64,000 bases of DNA from positions 275,863-339,862 of the forward strand of contig NIVC01001003.1 of the NCBI GenBank assembly GCA_002269645.1, written 5' to 3'. Positions 32,415 to 45,055 of this stretch are shown here, one piece after another. Position 1 is the first letter of the stretch; the number at the start of each line of letters is the position of its first letter. A model generated the notes under the pieces. That model made no database searches and was not told the DNA's origin. It worked only from the letters and a program-made list of their open reading frames with translations. Origin of the DNA: Macrostomum lignano. Lineage: Eukaryota. The position numbers and the translations under genes are program-made.

Positions 32415-33048
32415 TGTAGTGAGCCGCTAGTTTATTGTTTGGCGTCGCCCTTTGTCAGCAGTCGCCCTTGCTCTCGCCCCCTCTTTGGGTTGCTGTCTGC
32501 CGCTGGTCAGCTTCCCGCTCCCTTGTCTGTCTGCTCCTGTCCCTTTTGCGCTCCCTTTGCGTCTCTGTTCTCAGCCTTCAGCTTCTCTGCTGTTGGCTGT
32601 CTCTGTTTCGCTTCCGTCCCGTTTTCCTTGTCTTGTGAGCTAGTCACATGACAGTTTTTGAGTTCTTCGAGTCTTAAAGTGCAGTAAACATGTTTACTGC
32701 ACTCGCTGGCCCTGTTTACCGGGTGAGTCACATGCTTTTGGTCCCCTCCCTTCTCTAAGGAGAGGAGTGACTCGTGTTGCTAAAAATAGCAACTGAGTCA
32801 CAGCCATGTGCACTCTGCCGGGACCCTCAAGTGACGTCAGTTCTAAAAATAGAACGAGTCACGAGGTCTTCCGCACGCTTGTACCCTGCCCAAGACTCTT
32901 AAGTGACGTCAGTTCTAAAAATAGAACGAGTCACGAGGTCTTGTGCGTGGTAGTTTCCCGGCTATAAATAGGACCCCTCTCCCCCTTGTTTCCGTCAAGG
33001 AGCTTCCAGTTTTCTTAAGTGCCTAACCGGGAAGCAAACCGCGTTCTA
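32415..33048 (-). mobile_element. Probable solitary LTR inside the DNA transposon
   Basis: TGTAG...CTACA inverted termini, AATAAA about 17 bp from the minus-strand 3' end, and an internal 42-bp enhancer-like direct repeat containing TGACGTCA (about 32829 and 32901). No TSD seen. Confidence 0.55.
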
Positions 33049-33310
33049 CAACAAAGGGAAGGCATAACAAAAAAGTAAAAACTTGTAAGAAAAAGTGGTG
33101 TGTGCGAAAACGTGCATCGGGCCCGGTTGGAAAAGAAAATATTCTTGTTCGTTTAGTTTCAGAGTTGTAGTTTGATCTGCACGTTCGTGGCATGGCTTTC
33201 TCTCAACTACAGGCGCATGATTCTTAGAGCTCATTGAAAATTATAGAAGCCCCTCAGCAGTCGACTTACTTTAGTATAGGATTTTTATTTTTTTTTTACT
33301 TTATTATAGA

Positions 33311-33958
33311 ATTCATAACTTTGCCACTTCATTTCGACATACCCAGTAGAAAGGCAACAGAAAAGTCGATGCGCTTGTCCAGTACAGAAAGAACTGTTAA
33401 AAACAGAAAGCTGTGTATTTAAGTCACATGAGGAAGTAGACAGTTGCAACAGTGAAATCAGTTATGTCCGCCAAAGTTAATGCTCGTTCGCTGCAACAAG
33501 CTACAAATTTCACATTATCTGCTGCTCATTGATGCACAGGGGCAGAAACCGCATCACATGTCGTTCCCAGGCAAGGCACTTCGCGGCGGAAATTTCCTCT
33601 AGTGCAACGTAGCCGCAGCGGAAAAGCACCATGAGTCTCCACTGCGTTGGGTTGATGCCATCAGGCGGATAGCTAAGTCACTTTCTAAGTCACTTTTAAG
33701 TCCGTCACTTTCTCACCCCTGTTCATTGCTTCAATGACAAGATGCCTTCTGTCGTTTCCAATGGACGCGTATGCAGCCATTTTTAGGCACACAAGGAAAG
33801 TGACTGTTGCCCAAGAAGAGGACACGTTCATATAGGCTTTTCATTTCTATGAGAGGTTTGGCCATAGATATTCACCCACTGATATCCCAGCCCCCTCTGG
33901 CAGTGTTTGAGTCACTCCGCGCGTCAAGTCGAAATGATGTGGCAAAGTTATGAATTCA
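33311..33958. mobile_element. Nested MITE with 30-bp TIRs
   Basis: GAATTCATAACTTTGCCACTTCATTTCGAC ... GTCGAAATGATGTGGCAAAGTTATGAATTC, with one mismatch. Confidence 0.6.
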
Positions 33959-35629
33959 ATTGGAAAACAGCGCACTTTATTGCCATAGACTCTATGGCCA
34001 CTCTGCCAACTTCTATGGACGAAATCAAATGACAATTTTATGAAATCAAACGAAAAAACCTATACTATATAGAACGAAGAAGGCGCGTATCACAAAGCAA
34101 AACACATTAAATTGTCCACAGCCATAGACAAACAAACGAGCCCCCAACTTTTTTCGCCATGATTTGGCTTGTTTCGCGTCCCGGTAGTTTAAGTTGTCCC
34201 TGTTAAGTGTCTTATCTCTAAATTGAACTTTCGCCCCCTGATTTTTGCTTCTTACTTTGCCCTTTAGAGAACCTTTTTTATTTGCTCAGACTTTTCCTAA
34301 TTTCTAATCCCTATATAAACTTTTTAAAAATATTCGTAACTTTATTAGACTACTGCATCGATCTTTTTTGCATTTGCAAAAAGAAAAATTTGCTGAAAAG
34401 GCAATGCTGAGATCGATTCATTCATGCATCGAAACATTTAGCAAAGTGAGATGTTATTCTGCTATTAGCTATACTACTGCTAGCATGTTATTCACTAGTA
34501 GCGTCCTGACGTGTTAAGTCGTCCAATACAAACTTACAAAGAATAATAATATTTAATTACATTTATATGATGGTCCAATATTGTTTTAAACTCATTTTTG
34601 CACGTGTGATGGCGTGTCAAAGGCAAAAATCCCAAAATTTGTCTACATGTAGCTCAGTTGACATGCAATGATCGAGGAACCAAAAGCACGACTATACATG
34701 TATATTGAGTATATCTACTGTATGTACCATCTACTGTACATGTACGGGCGTGGTTGCATAAATGAACCAGAAGTGCTCTGTTTGTCTGTCCGTGCATCTC
34801 AAGGCCCGTGCAACATTACCATCGATAATTGTATATATTAATACACGGAAACATATGTAGAGAAACGTTGTGATACAATGTACGTGTACATGCAAGATGC
34901 ACGGCTCCTCTTGAAGAGATCTCCAAGCTTAGCAGAGTACTATAAAAGTAGTAAGATAAAAACATGAATAAGCTTTCATGAACATGCCTGCAATATCACG
35001 TAAACAGCGAGTGATCATTACATAGTCCGAAAAACCGGCCGGTTTTCAACCGATATTTCCAAATATGGTAAATGTCAATTTAAATGCGACCTAAGCTTCA
35101 CCCCTTTTCTATGTAAAACCCCACCGGTCAATGGACAAAGTACATTTCTTGATTCTTATCAATAAAACCGGTTTGGGGCTCAAGGTCAATTATAAGTGTG
35201 TATAAATACAAGCGAGAAATCCGAGCTGAAACCTCAGACTCAGAGCAGCCTTAAGAAATCTTGGGCTTAGCCAGAGCTACTAAGCAAGGCTATATCTCTG
35301 AGAGAGACAAACACAAATTGGTAAGCCTTTGTTTGAGTCTTTGTTACTTGAGTCTTTGTTATTCGATTATTAAGAGCTGTCATTGCCGGCCGTTACTGAT
35401 CAGTCGATTTATTAAGTTATTGAATTTGAGGCCTCCCTATTTCTAAGGGATTGGATAGGATCTGCGGACCGATTCCAATACTCTTAGTCGATTATTGATT
35501 GATTAATTTTGGTACCCTAGAGTAACCGATAGGAGCACACGACTCCGATTCCGTTATTTCTAGAAGAAGACGCCCTTTCGGAGGACTTTGTCATTGTTAT
35601 AGAGTTGACTTTGTTATTAGGGCGCATCT

Positions 35630-36175
35630 CTGATCTCAGCACTCGAGGAATATGATGGTTTCTGCAATCGAGGAATATAATGGTTTCTGCAATCGAGGAA
35701 TATATCGATTTCTGCACTCGAGGAATATAATGGTTTCTGCAATCGAGGAATATATCGATTTCTGCACTCGAGGAATATAATGGTTTCTGCAATCGAGGAA
35801 TATATCGATTTCTGCACTCGAGGAATATAATGGTTTCTGCACTCGAGGAATATATCGATTTCTGCACTCGAGGAATATAATGGTTTCTGCAATCGAGGAA
35901 TATATCGATTTCTGCACTCGAGGAATATATCGATTTCTGCACTCGAGGAATATAATGGTTTCTGCAATCGAGGAATATATCGATTTCTGCACTCGAGGAA
36001 TATAATGGTTTCTGCAATCGAGGAATATATCGATTTCTGCACTCGAGGAATATATCGATTTCTGCACTCGAGGAATATATTGATTTCTTCACTCGAGGAA
36101 TATATCGATTTCTTCACTCGAGGAAAATAATGGTTTCTGCACTCGAGGAATATAATGGTTTCTGCACTCGAGAAA
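35630..36175. repeat. 25-bp minisatellite with two interspersed monomer types
   Basis: TCGAGGAATATATCGATTTCTGCAC and TCGAGGAATATAATGGTTTCTGCAA. Confidence 0.93.
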
Positions 36176-37370
36176 CATATTGTCGTCGACGGACTATGTT
36201 ACTAAGCTCTCTTATTCGGCCGATTTAGAATTCAAGAAGACTACTCCGGAGGAAGAAGATTCGAAGAGACGAGTTCGGAGAACCTGCCCGACAAAGAAGA
36301 GGAGCCCGCATCAGTAAGTGATTACTGAATTCTGTTACCAGGCTTAAGGTCTGGAAGTGGGAGTTTTCGAGTGACTGAATACAACTCTTAAACTCTTCAC
36401 TCTTATCGTAGCAATGTCATACATGTAGCTCGTATATAGACATTCGCGGTGTGCCACACTATGCGCACTCTCATCGTACGTGGTCATATAATTTTAGGCG
36501 GTGCAGCACTCGCAAGAGCGTCGAGCCAAGCAGTACATCCCCATTTGATTTTGATATACCTTTTACTATAGAGTGGCTAGCGTACATGTGTAGCTAGGCT
36601 ACCTAAAATATGCACTAGGCTATACTATCACATGTCATGGACAACTAGTTGTCCATGTCACATGTACTTTGTGTACTTTTTGCCATAAAATTCAACTATT
36701 GTGATCGTCCTGTACGAATAAATACTTGTACATGAATGTAAATCAATGTAAGAAATAAGAGTATATGTATACGAAATTAGCAATTGCAGTATATTTGCTT
36801 TAAAATAAAAGAACATGAAGCACATGTACATTGAGTAAAGTATAAAATGTCACAGCGCTTAGTATAATGTTACAAGGACCACTAGCTACCCGTAAAACAC
36901 TACGACGACGATGGACATATCGCTTTCAAACTTTTTTCATGCATGTACATATAGTGTGAAAGTACATGCACGGAAAGTGTACATAAGGCTTGATGAATAA
37001 GGAAAAATGTATTACATGTACATTGATGCAGATTAGTTTGTATATTGTAGCGCATAAGTATATTTTGCATTGTTTTAATTATCACAATAAATGTTTTACG
37101 TACTGAAATAAAAATTTCAAATAATACCTGTCATCGCAGACAACGAGGATAAATTTAATATATGTAAAAATTATCGTTTAAAGTCTGCCAGTCATAGATA
37201 AACCACATTAGCCAACAAAGGCATTTACACGTAGTCGTTGCTCGTTGAATATGTCATCGCTGTTGTTTTACTGCGAGCACGGAAGTTAAGAGTTTTTTAC
37301 CATAAATTAATAGTTAAGTCTCATTTCCAACGAATTTAAACGTATAGTAACTCTTATAGCATAAAGGCTC

Positions 37371-40300
37371 TCACCGTGAAACATCCTCATTGAAAATCAT
37401 ATTAGCCAAATCGCTAGACAATATCTTTAGCGCTGCCTCGTCATCATCCAGCTTCTTGGCCTCGAAACCCGACCAGGCCAAGTTCGCTGGCAGATCGTCA
37501 GTCTTCTCGTTGACGAAGATTCCTTGAAATCGATGCTTCTCAGTTAGCAAGAGGGTTGTCAAGCTGTGTCTGGATCCATCTGAGAGGGTGTCGATCTGCA
37601 ATAAGGGAAATAAAAACGATTACAGGTCTTTTTCGTTGTCCTTGTCTGTCATTTGTTATTGAAGTTTTCCATCCGACAGTACAAGTACCACTAGGAACAC
37701 TTCGTTATATAAGGACGTTACACTCTCGATTCGTGTAAAAATAGTTGAAGGCCGATTTTCGTTCTCGTATACATTATTATAATATTAGAGGAGAAAGACT
37801 TTAAAGCATAAAGACCAAATTATGCGGGTTCTGTATATGATCTCCAGACTCTGGTATATTTTCAGAAACGTCACAAAATTTTGCATTCACATAAATGTGC
37901 GTAAGATTTTCAGCTACTTATTAATTTTACTTTCTAAACTTGAAGATTTGGATAGCTACCAGACGCCCAAAAATAGGGTGTCTCCATTGTACAGGATTTT
38001 CTTGCATCTATACATCTAGTGGGAAACTAAACTAACTGGTTTGCTTGGTAGTAGGGGACAAAAATCTGAACAATTTGGCGAAAAAATCAACATTCTACAT
38101 GCAATCGATTCGGAGATACAGGCATTTAAACAATCGGCCTTCAACTGTTTTTGCACGATTTGCAAGTGTTGCGTCCTTCAAGTCTAGTAGTCCTTGCGAC
38201 GGTAACCATGAAGTACATGTAAGTTCCCTTTGAATTTGTTCTGAATCAGTTTCCCTGCTAGATAATTTGACATTATTTGAGTCTCCATGCCCGTACATGT
38301 ACATCTGGGAAGAATCGATGCGAGAGAAAATTATAACACCCATGTACTTGCCCGAAAGCTATCAAAAGCCGAATCGGCGCTCATAAACACGACAAGATTC
38401 GAACTTCCGACCAATTGTCGCGTCAGACTTTGCAGACCAACAACCTTTACCACCTCGACGCCAGCGGCAGCCGCTGTCAGCGCGTGCTGGAACCGCCGCA
38501 CAGTTTTCCGGCTAATGGCGTTGACATTTTCCAGTTCGGGCAGCACTAGGAGAATGAGCTTCCGTGCATTTCTCAGCCGACGATGACAGTACACGATCAG
38601 CATCAATACTGACACTGGCACTAGCAATACTACGACAAACGCCAGCAAAATTACGGTTGTAGCAAATGTTTCAACTCTGTCAGCATAACCAGTTTGGTCC
38701 AGGGACATCAGCTTAGCCGGACAAAGTTTGCAGCTATCGAATAGAGCCTCATCAAGATGGCAAAGCTGCGGATGAAGCAGCTTCTCTGCCGAGCCGTCTG
38801 CGTTACGTTTGCAGGGGATTAGCGTTAATCCATTAGGTTGTATGAGTTGAAATATTGAATTCCTCCCACTAAAAGACTCACCTGACCCGCGGATTGCGAA
38901 AAACATTCGCCTACTCGTACAGCATTTTCGACTGCTATTTGCAAACCTTGGACGGAACTGAAAATCAAAATTGGCAATGATTGGCATTCGAAAACCTACT
39001 CTAAAAGAACCATTTTTACGTGAAAGAAACGTGAGACAGGTACACACATCAATCCGAATGAGAAGGCCAGCGGCAGGTGATATTCGAACTACGACCGACT
39101 GTTTGACCCACAGATTGCGTCTCTGAAGCCAACATGAGTGCGATTGGATGTACAATCGGTTGGGTGGAATTGAAAAGCTTTTTTGAGCGAGATAATTTCC
39201 GAGTTAATACGCTCGTGCGAGCACTTACATAAAAAATATCTGAGACATTCTGGAGATACTGCACCAAATCAACGGTGCTACTATAAAAAGCTACCCGCAC
39301 CAGGAGCCTTGATGGACTCACCATTTTGTCGCTGAACTCGTAGCTGTCAGCGCTCCAAACAGACGGTTCATTCAGAGTCAGGCGCAGCCCGCCAACCCAG
39401 CCGCTCCGCAGGTAGGCCGTCATGTTGCAGCGGAAGTCGCTGCCATCGTCACCGCAGGCGCCGCAGCGTCGCGCCGCCAGCTGCACCAGCGGCCGGTCGT
39501 CGCCCGCCGACCTGGTGAAGAAGAATCGAACTCGGGGCTGCTCGCACAGCCTGGACCCGCTGGCCAGCTTGAAGACCTTCATCGTGTAGGATCTGGTCGG
39601 ACGGAGGCTCAGTTGAAGCCGCAGTCGTCGCCGCTTCCCGTCGGCCATCTGGTTGCAGACGGTCAGCCTCCGACATCTGTGCTCAGAGGCGCCCATCGAG
39701 TCGGAGGCTTCGCCCAGAACGATGAGCAGCGAGTCTGACGGAGTCAGGCAGTGCTCCAGCTCGAAGGAGCCGATAATGAGGCCGCTGGCAGTGTCTGAGA
39801 ACTCGGTGCTCTGAAGGCTGTCAGCTGACTGAGCCGTCTGTACGCTGTAGTTGTACAGGGAGGCTGTGGGAGAGTGCATTTGAGCAGCTGGCTCTAAGCG
39901 GTTGTACAGGGAGGCTGTGGGAGAGTGCATTTGAGCAGCTGGCTCTGAGCGGTTGTACAGGGAGGCTGTGGGAGAGTGCATTTGAGCTGTGCATTTGAGC
40001 AGCTGGCTCTGAGCAGTTGTACAGGGAGGCTGTGGGAGAGTGCATTTGAGCAGCTGGCTCTGAGCGGTTGTACAGGGAGGCTGTGGGAGAGTGCATTTGA
40101 GCAGCTGGCTCTGAGCGGTTGTACAGGGAGGCTGTGGGAGAGTGCATTTGAGCAGCTGGCTCTGAGCGGTTGTACAGGGAGGCTGTGGGAGAGTGCATTT
40201 GAGCAGCTGGCTCTGAGCAGTTGTACAGGGAGGCTGTGGGAGAGTGCATTTGAGCAGCTGGCTCTGAGCAGTTGTACAGAGAGGCCGTGGGAGAGTGCAT

Positions 40301-40832
40301 TTGAGCAGCTGGCTCTGAGCGGTTGTACAGAGAGGCTGTGGGAGAGTGCATTTGAGCAGCTGGCTCTGAGCGGTTGTACAGGGAGGCTGTGGGAGAGTGC
40401 ATTTGAGCAGCTGGCTCTGAGCAGTTGTACAGGGAGGCTGTGGGAGAGTGCGTTTGAGCAGCTGGCTCTGAGCGGTTGTATAGTGAGGTTGTGGGAGAGC
40501 AAGATAGAACATGAAAACCATATAAAAATCGGTGGCTCCAATCGGCAAAAACCGATGTCCATGCTAAAATATAAAATTGTTACCGTCCATTTTTGGGCAG
40601 TTAGTCTCGTGCAGTGAGTCAATTGGACCAAATTGTATTTTTTTAGGAATCTGAAATTCATTACGGTGCACTTTCAGTTCAAAAGTAAATGGATGCGTTG
40701 AGGTTTTTATACCAGTGTTTGCATTGGACCTACCTCCAGGTTGCAGTCTGCAGTTGAAACTTCAGTGCTAGAGACACCAACTATCATGATGAAGGCGGTA
40801 CAGCAAGCAGACAGTATATTGGCATTCGACAT
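37371..40832 (-). CDS. Receptor paralogue B: type I single-pass membrane protein with TIR/SEFIR-like cytoplasmic domain
   Basis: Model: 40832-40734 (signal peptide MSNANILSACCTAFIMIVGVSS; donor gtaggt), repeat-containing exon ending 39229 (gtaagt), 39122 to about 39046, 39000-38882, 38797-38352, GC-AG intron, 37595-37371. TM VILLAFVVVLLVPVSVLMLIVYC is followed by RKLILLVLPE..GVEVVKVVGL..LVVFMS..LLTEKHR, homologous to paralogue A. Confidence 0.7.
39850..40500 (-). repeat. 51-bp tandem array, inverted homologue of 6073-6812
   Basis: Same unit with CGC/TGC variants and a 13-nt insertion at 39988-40000. Confidence 0.95.
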
Positions 40833-41329
40833 GCTGATGAAAGACCTCGGGCGTAACCGCAATTGCAATCCCGTAAAAGTATTTTGTAAGGAGATGCCAG
40901 TTATTGAAACGCAAGTATTGGCATTCATTTTATAGACATCTGCTTTTTAGCAACACAAGAGACTTCGCCTGCAGTGATCCTTTAAACTGCCAATCCATTT
41001 GTATGCGTGGAGTTAATGTAAACAGACGGCATCTATGCATTGGCTAGAAATGTTTTAGCGGGCCCAAACTTCAGTCGCCAATATTTAACTTCGTGATGGT
41101 TGCGCGCGCAACTTCAAGATGAAAAAGGCTGATTTAATGTCATAAAGCTTTCCGTCGCACGGAATAAATGCTACTTTTTCTCGTTGCATGTGATATGATG
41201 CATGTGAGCCTTCAAAACCTCTGACTATCGTGTCTTGGAGCATAGAAATCAGTGATGGGTTCGGCCTTCAAAACCTCTGGCTATCGGGTCTCGGAGCACA
41301 GAAATCAGTGATGGGTTCGGTATCATTAT

Positions 41330-41590
41330 CAGCGATAGTCAGCGGTTGTAAGCGATTGTCAGCGATTGTCAGCGACTGCAAGCGATTATCAGCGATTGTC
41401 AGCGATTGTCAGCGATTGTCAGCGATTGTCAGCGATTGTCAGCGATTGTCAGCGACTGCAAGCGATTATCAGCGATTGTCGGCGATTGTCAGCGATTTTC
41501 AGCGACTGTCAGCGATTGTCAGCGATTGTCAGCGATTGTCAGCGATTGTCAGCGACTGTTAGCGATTGTCAGCGATTGTCAGCGATTGAA
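41330..41590. repeat. 10-bp repeat (AGCGATTGTC)n at the 5' edge of the Gypsy gag region
   Basis: Tandem decamer. It is preceded by a duplication of about 56 bp at 41208-41320. Confidence 0.93.
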
Positions 41591-44500
41591 GACGAAGCCG
41601 TTGACCGACTTATCGAGGCACTGACGCTGCGAGTTCGGGCCAACGCTGAGCGCCAAGGCCAACCAAGTCAACAAAGTATTTGCCGACGATGAATTTCAAT
41701 CTCTGGCTGTAGAGTTTTAATGCGTACTGCGAGGCCGTCGAGAAAGCGGAAAGACGACCTCACCTAGTCAGCCTACTGGATCTGACAACGGCATACGCTG
41801 CGGTAAATAAGATGGAACTCTCCGATGATCTTGAGTATGAGGACTTCGTCGACAGACTTCGAGAGCGCTTTACAATGCACCGGAGTGTGCAAGATGATCG
41901 ATTCGAGCTTTCCAACCGGGATCAGAGCGAGCGTGAGACTTTCGAAACATATGGAGACGAACTTCTCGAACTAGTCCGCAGTGGCTTCCCGAATGTGGAC
42001 GCTGACACTCGTACTGAGCTAGCCAAGGATCGATTCCTCAAAGGCGTTCGAGTGTCCGATTCGGTGAGAGAGAGAGGCTCTTCCTACAGCAGCCAGCGGA
42101 TCTGACAGATTCAATCCGGACAGTGAGGCAACTGGAGGCAGCGCAGAGAGAGTCAGCATCATAACATAAACCTAAGCTAAGAGGTGGACTGAATGTGTTT
42201 TCAACCGCCCAAGAACATCCGGGAGCCGAAGAAGAGGTGCGGCAGCTGAGGGCGAAAATGGAGAGGATGGAAGAGACGATCCGCCAGTTGCAGCAGGGCC
42301 CGTCAATGCAGCCGGTCCCCAAAGAGCCGCCGAAGCAACCGGTACAGGCCCACACCAGGACACAGCCGCGTGCCTATCACAAGGCCCTCCACAGGCATCT
42401 GGCGCCACCGGAGGCTCGGCTACGAAAGGGGTCACCTGTTTTCGGTGCGGGAAAACCGGAATCTCTCGTTTAAGTGCAAGCAGCAGGGAAAAGCCAACAG
42501 GAACTCACGTCCTGGAGGCCACTGAGTTCCTGCAATCGTCCTGCCTCCACCAGTAGCACCCAGCATCATCAGCAACCCATCGACAGCACCCAGCATCATC
42601 AGCAACTCATCGACAGCACCCCGCATCATCAGCAACTCGTGCCAACAAGGATCGTCAACCTGGCGCTAGCATCAAGCATCACGAATTCTCCAGCGCCAGC
42701 CTCATCAACCCCAGCATCGAGGACCGCCATCAAGCTAATGTCAGTTTCACCAGTCACTCTCAGCATGGCATTCAGTTGGGCTCGTCGGCCCTTTACGTGA
42801 CAGCATCGTTGTCCGGCCGGAAGCTCAATACGCTCATTGATTCAGGAGCTTCGTGTACAATCATGTCAGAAGAGGCTTTTGAAAGACTACCAAAACGAGA
42901 GATCTAAGTCCTTTCGAAGTTAGACGGCGGTATCAGCATGGCGAACGGCGCTACGGTCGAGGTCCTAGGCACAGCTTTACTCTCACTAAGAATCGCGGCC
43001 GAGACCATCCCTACGGTCGTGGCGGTCGTCTCGGGAATCAAGTATCAACTGGTGTTAGGCTCCGACTTCTTCAGGCAGAACAACTGCATTATTGATTACA
43101 AGAAGGCAGTCATAAAAATCAACGAAAGGGCGATCCCGTTCCGGTGGCAAGAAGAGCATCCAACGGCATGCCGGATTTTTGCAGATCGTTATAGCACGCT
43201 TTCCCCCAGCAATCAGGTTATCTTGCCTGGGAAACTCGACCGGAGATGGAAGTAGAACAGAGGATGTGTCGGCTTGACAGAAAATTTTGCGGGAAGCACC
43301 CTTACTTCCGGACAACGCCTGGCGAAGGCTGTAGTAGTTGCCTACAGAAGTAGGACGCGTACCAGTCTGCTTGATGAATCTTACAGACGAGCCTGTGAAA
43401 CTGAGAAGGGGCAGTGTGCAAGGTTGGTACTTCCCGCTGGACCCCACGGAGCCGCTGAACAACTTAAAGATCCTCTCAATGGAGCCTACAGAGAAGACCG
43501 ACCAGCAAGAAGAAAACGACAGAGATGGGACCGAACTCATTCCAAACGAGTATGGTACCTGTGGCCTCTCTCCCGAAGAGGACAAGGAATTTAAAAACTT
43601 GGTTAGCAATTTCAAGGACGTGTTCGTTACATCACAGTCACCGTACCGTAAGACAAGCGTCGTCGAACACGAGATCGATACGGGAGCGTCTCGACCGATC
43701 AAAATCCCGCCAAGACGATTGCCACCGCATCTCGCGGAGGAGGTGAATCGTCAGATTGACGGACTACTCAAAGACGGACAAATCGAAGAAGCCCAGTCAT
43801 CTTGGAGAATGACTGATGTGGAGAACATGTCTCGCCTACATGGATGACGTGCTAGTATGGTCGACGGACGTGAAGGAGCACCCAACGAGGCTTGAGGAAA
43901 TCTTTGGCAGACTTCGCGAAGCAAACCTGTGCCTGAAGCCACAAAAATGCCATTTTTTGCTGGCCGAAGCGGAGTTCCTCGGTCATAAGATCTCGGCATT
44001 CGGCGTGAGCACCGAATCGTAGGTACAGGAGATAGAATCCTGGCCTACACCAGCGAACGTCGCCGAACTTAGATCGTTTCTGGGCCTGTGTGGATACTAA
44101 AGAAACTTTATCCAAGGTTTTGCTAAAGTCGCTACCCCGTTGACTCGACTCACGGCCAAGGGCGTCGCATTCACGTGGAACGAAGAGCAGCAAAAAGCAT
44201 TCGAGTCTCTGAAGAGTCGGCTAACGAGTGCTGAAGTCATGTCTTATCCGGATTTCTCCCCTGAAGCTGGCGAGTTCATTCTAGATACCGATGGCAGCTC
44301 AAAGCTGGGAATTGGAGCCGTGCTGTTGCAAGTCCAGGCCGACGGTACTGAGCACGTAATCGCCTACGCCTCGAAAACGTTAAATCAAACAGAGCGAAAT
44401 TATTGCACAGCTCAGTCAGAACTTCTGGCTGTAGTGACCTTCGTCTCTCAGTTCCGCTATTTACTTGCTGGGGAAACCGTTCTGCTTGCGAACAGATCAT

Positions 44501-45055
44501 AGTAGCTTACAATGGCTCCAGAATTTCCGAGATGCAGAAGGACAAGTCGCCCGCTGGCTAGAGAAGCTTGCAGCGTTTCACTATCGGATCGTACACAGAC
44601 CGGGGCGTAACCATGGAAACGCAAATGCTTTATCGAGGAAACCAAGTCGACGACATCCAGGCGCTTCGACTTGTCCGTCCTGTGCCTGCAAAACAACGAT
44701 CCTGAACGCGATTGGTTTCGAATCGACGTCACCAGCGGACCTGGCACGTGAGCAACGCAACGATCCTGACCTGGCAGTTGTGCGTGAAGCGCTGAGGAGC
44801 AATAGAGAACTCGCAAGGGAAAAACTATAAAGAGCTGGAGCCTGACCGCAAGAAGCATCTGGGCCCGTAAGGAAGACTTGTTGCTTCAAGAAAAGGTGCT
44901 CTTCGTCAAGGACCAAAGACGAGGGAGCAACAGAACTTAATCCTGCCGGTCGGTTTAATGTCGGAAACTTTGAAGAATCTGCATCAAGGTGTGGGAGGGG
45001 GCCATGCCGGTTTCTTGAAGACAAAGTTCAAAGTTCAGCAAAAATTTTGGCCTTA
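41590..45055 (+). mobile_element. Decayed Ty3/Gypsy LTR retrotransposon internal region (gag-PR-RT-RNaseH, start of IN)
   Basis: Gag (..ELAKDRFLKG), knuckle TCFRCGKTG, protease TLIDSGAS, RT YMDD and KCHF, RNase H FILDTDGS..VIAYASKTL..ERNY..ELLAVV, LRTDHSSLQWL..ARW, and integrase zinc-finger start LHQG..GGH.G. Many stops and frameshifts, and no flanking LTRs found. Confidence 0.95.

Larger units (their letters stand above)
32135..34202. mobile_element. Non-autonomous hAT/P-type DNA transposon with 8-bp TSD
   Basis: TIR of about 70 bp, CAGGGACAACTTAAACTACCGGGACGCGAAAC.AGCCAAATCATGGCGAAAAA.GTTGGGGGCTCGTT, at both ends. Perfect TSD TTAAGTGT at 32127-32134 and 34203-34210. No transposase ORF. Confidence 0.9.
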
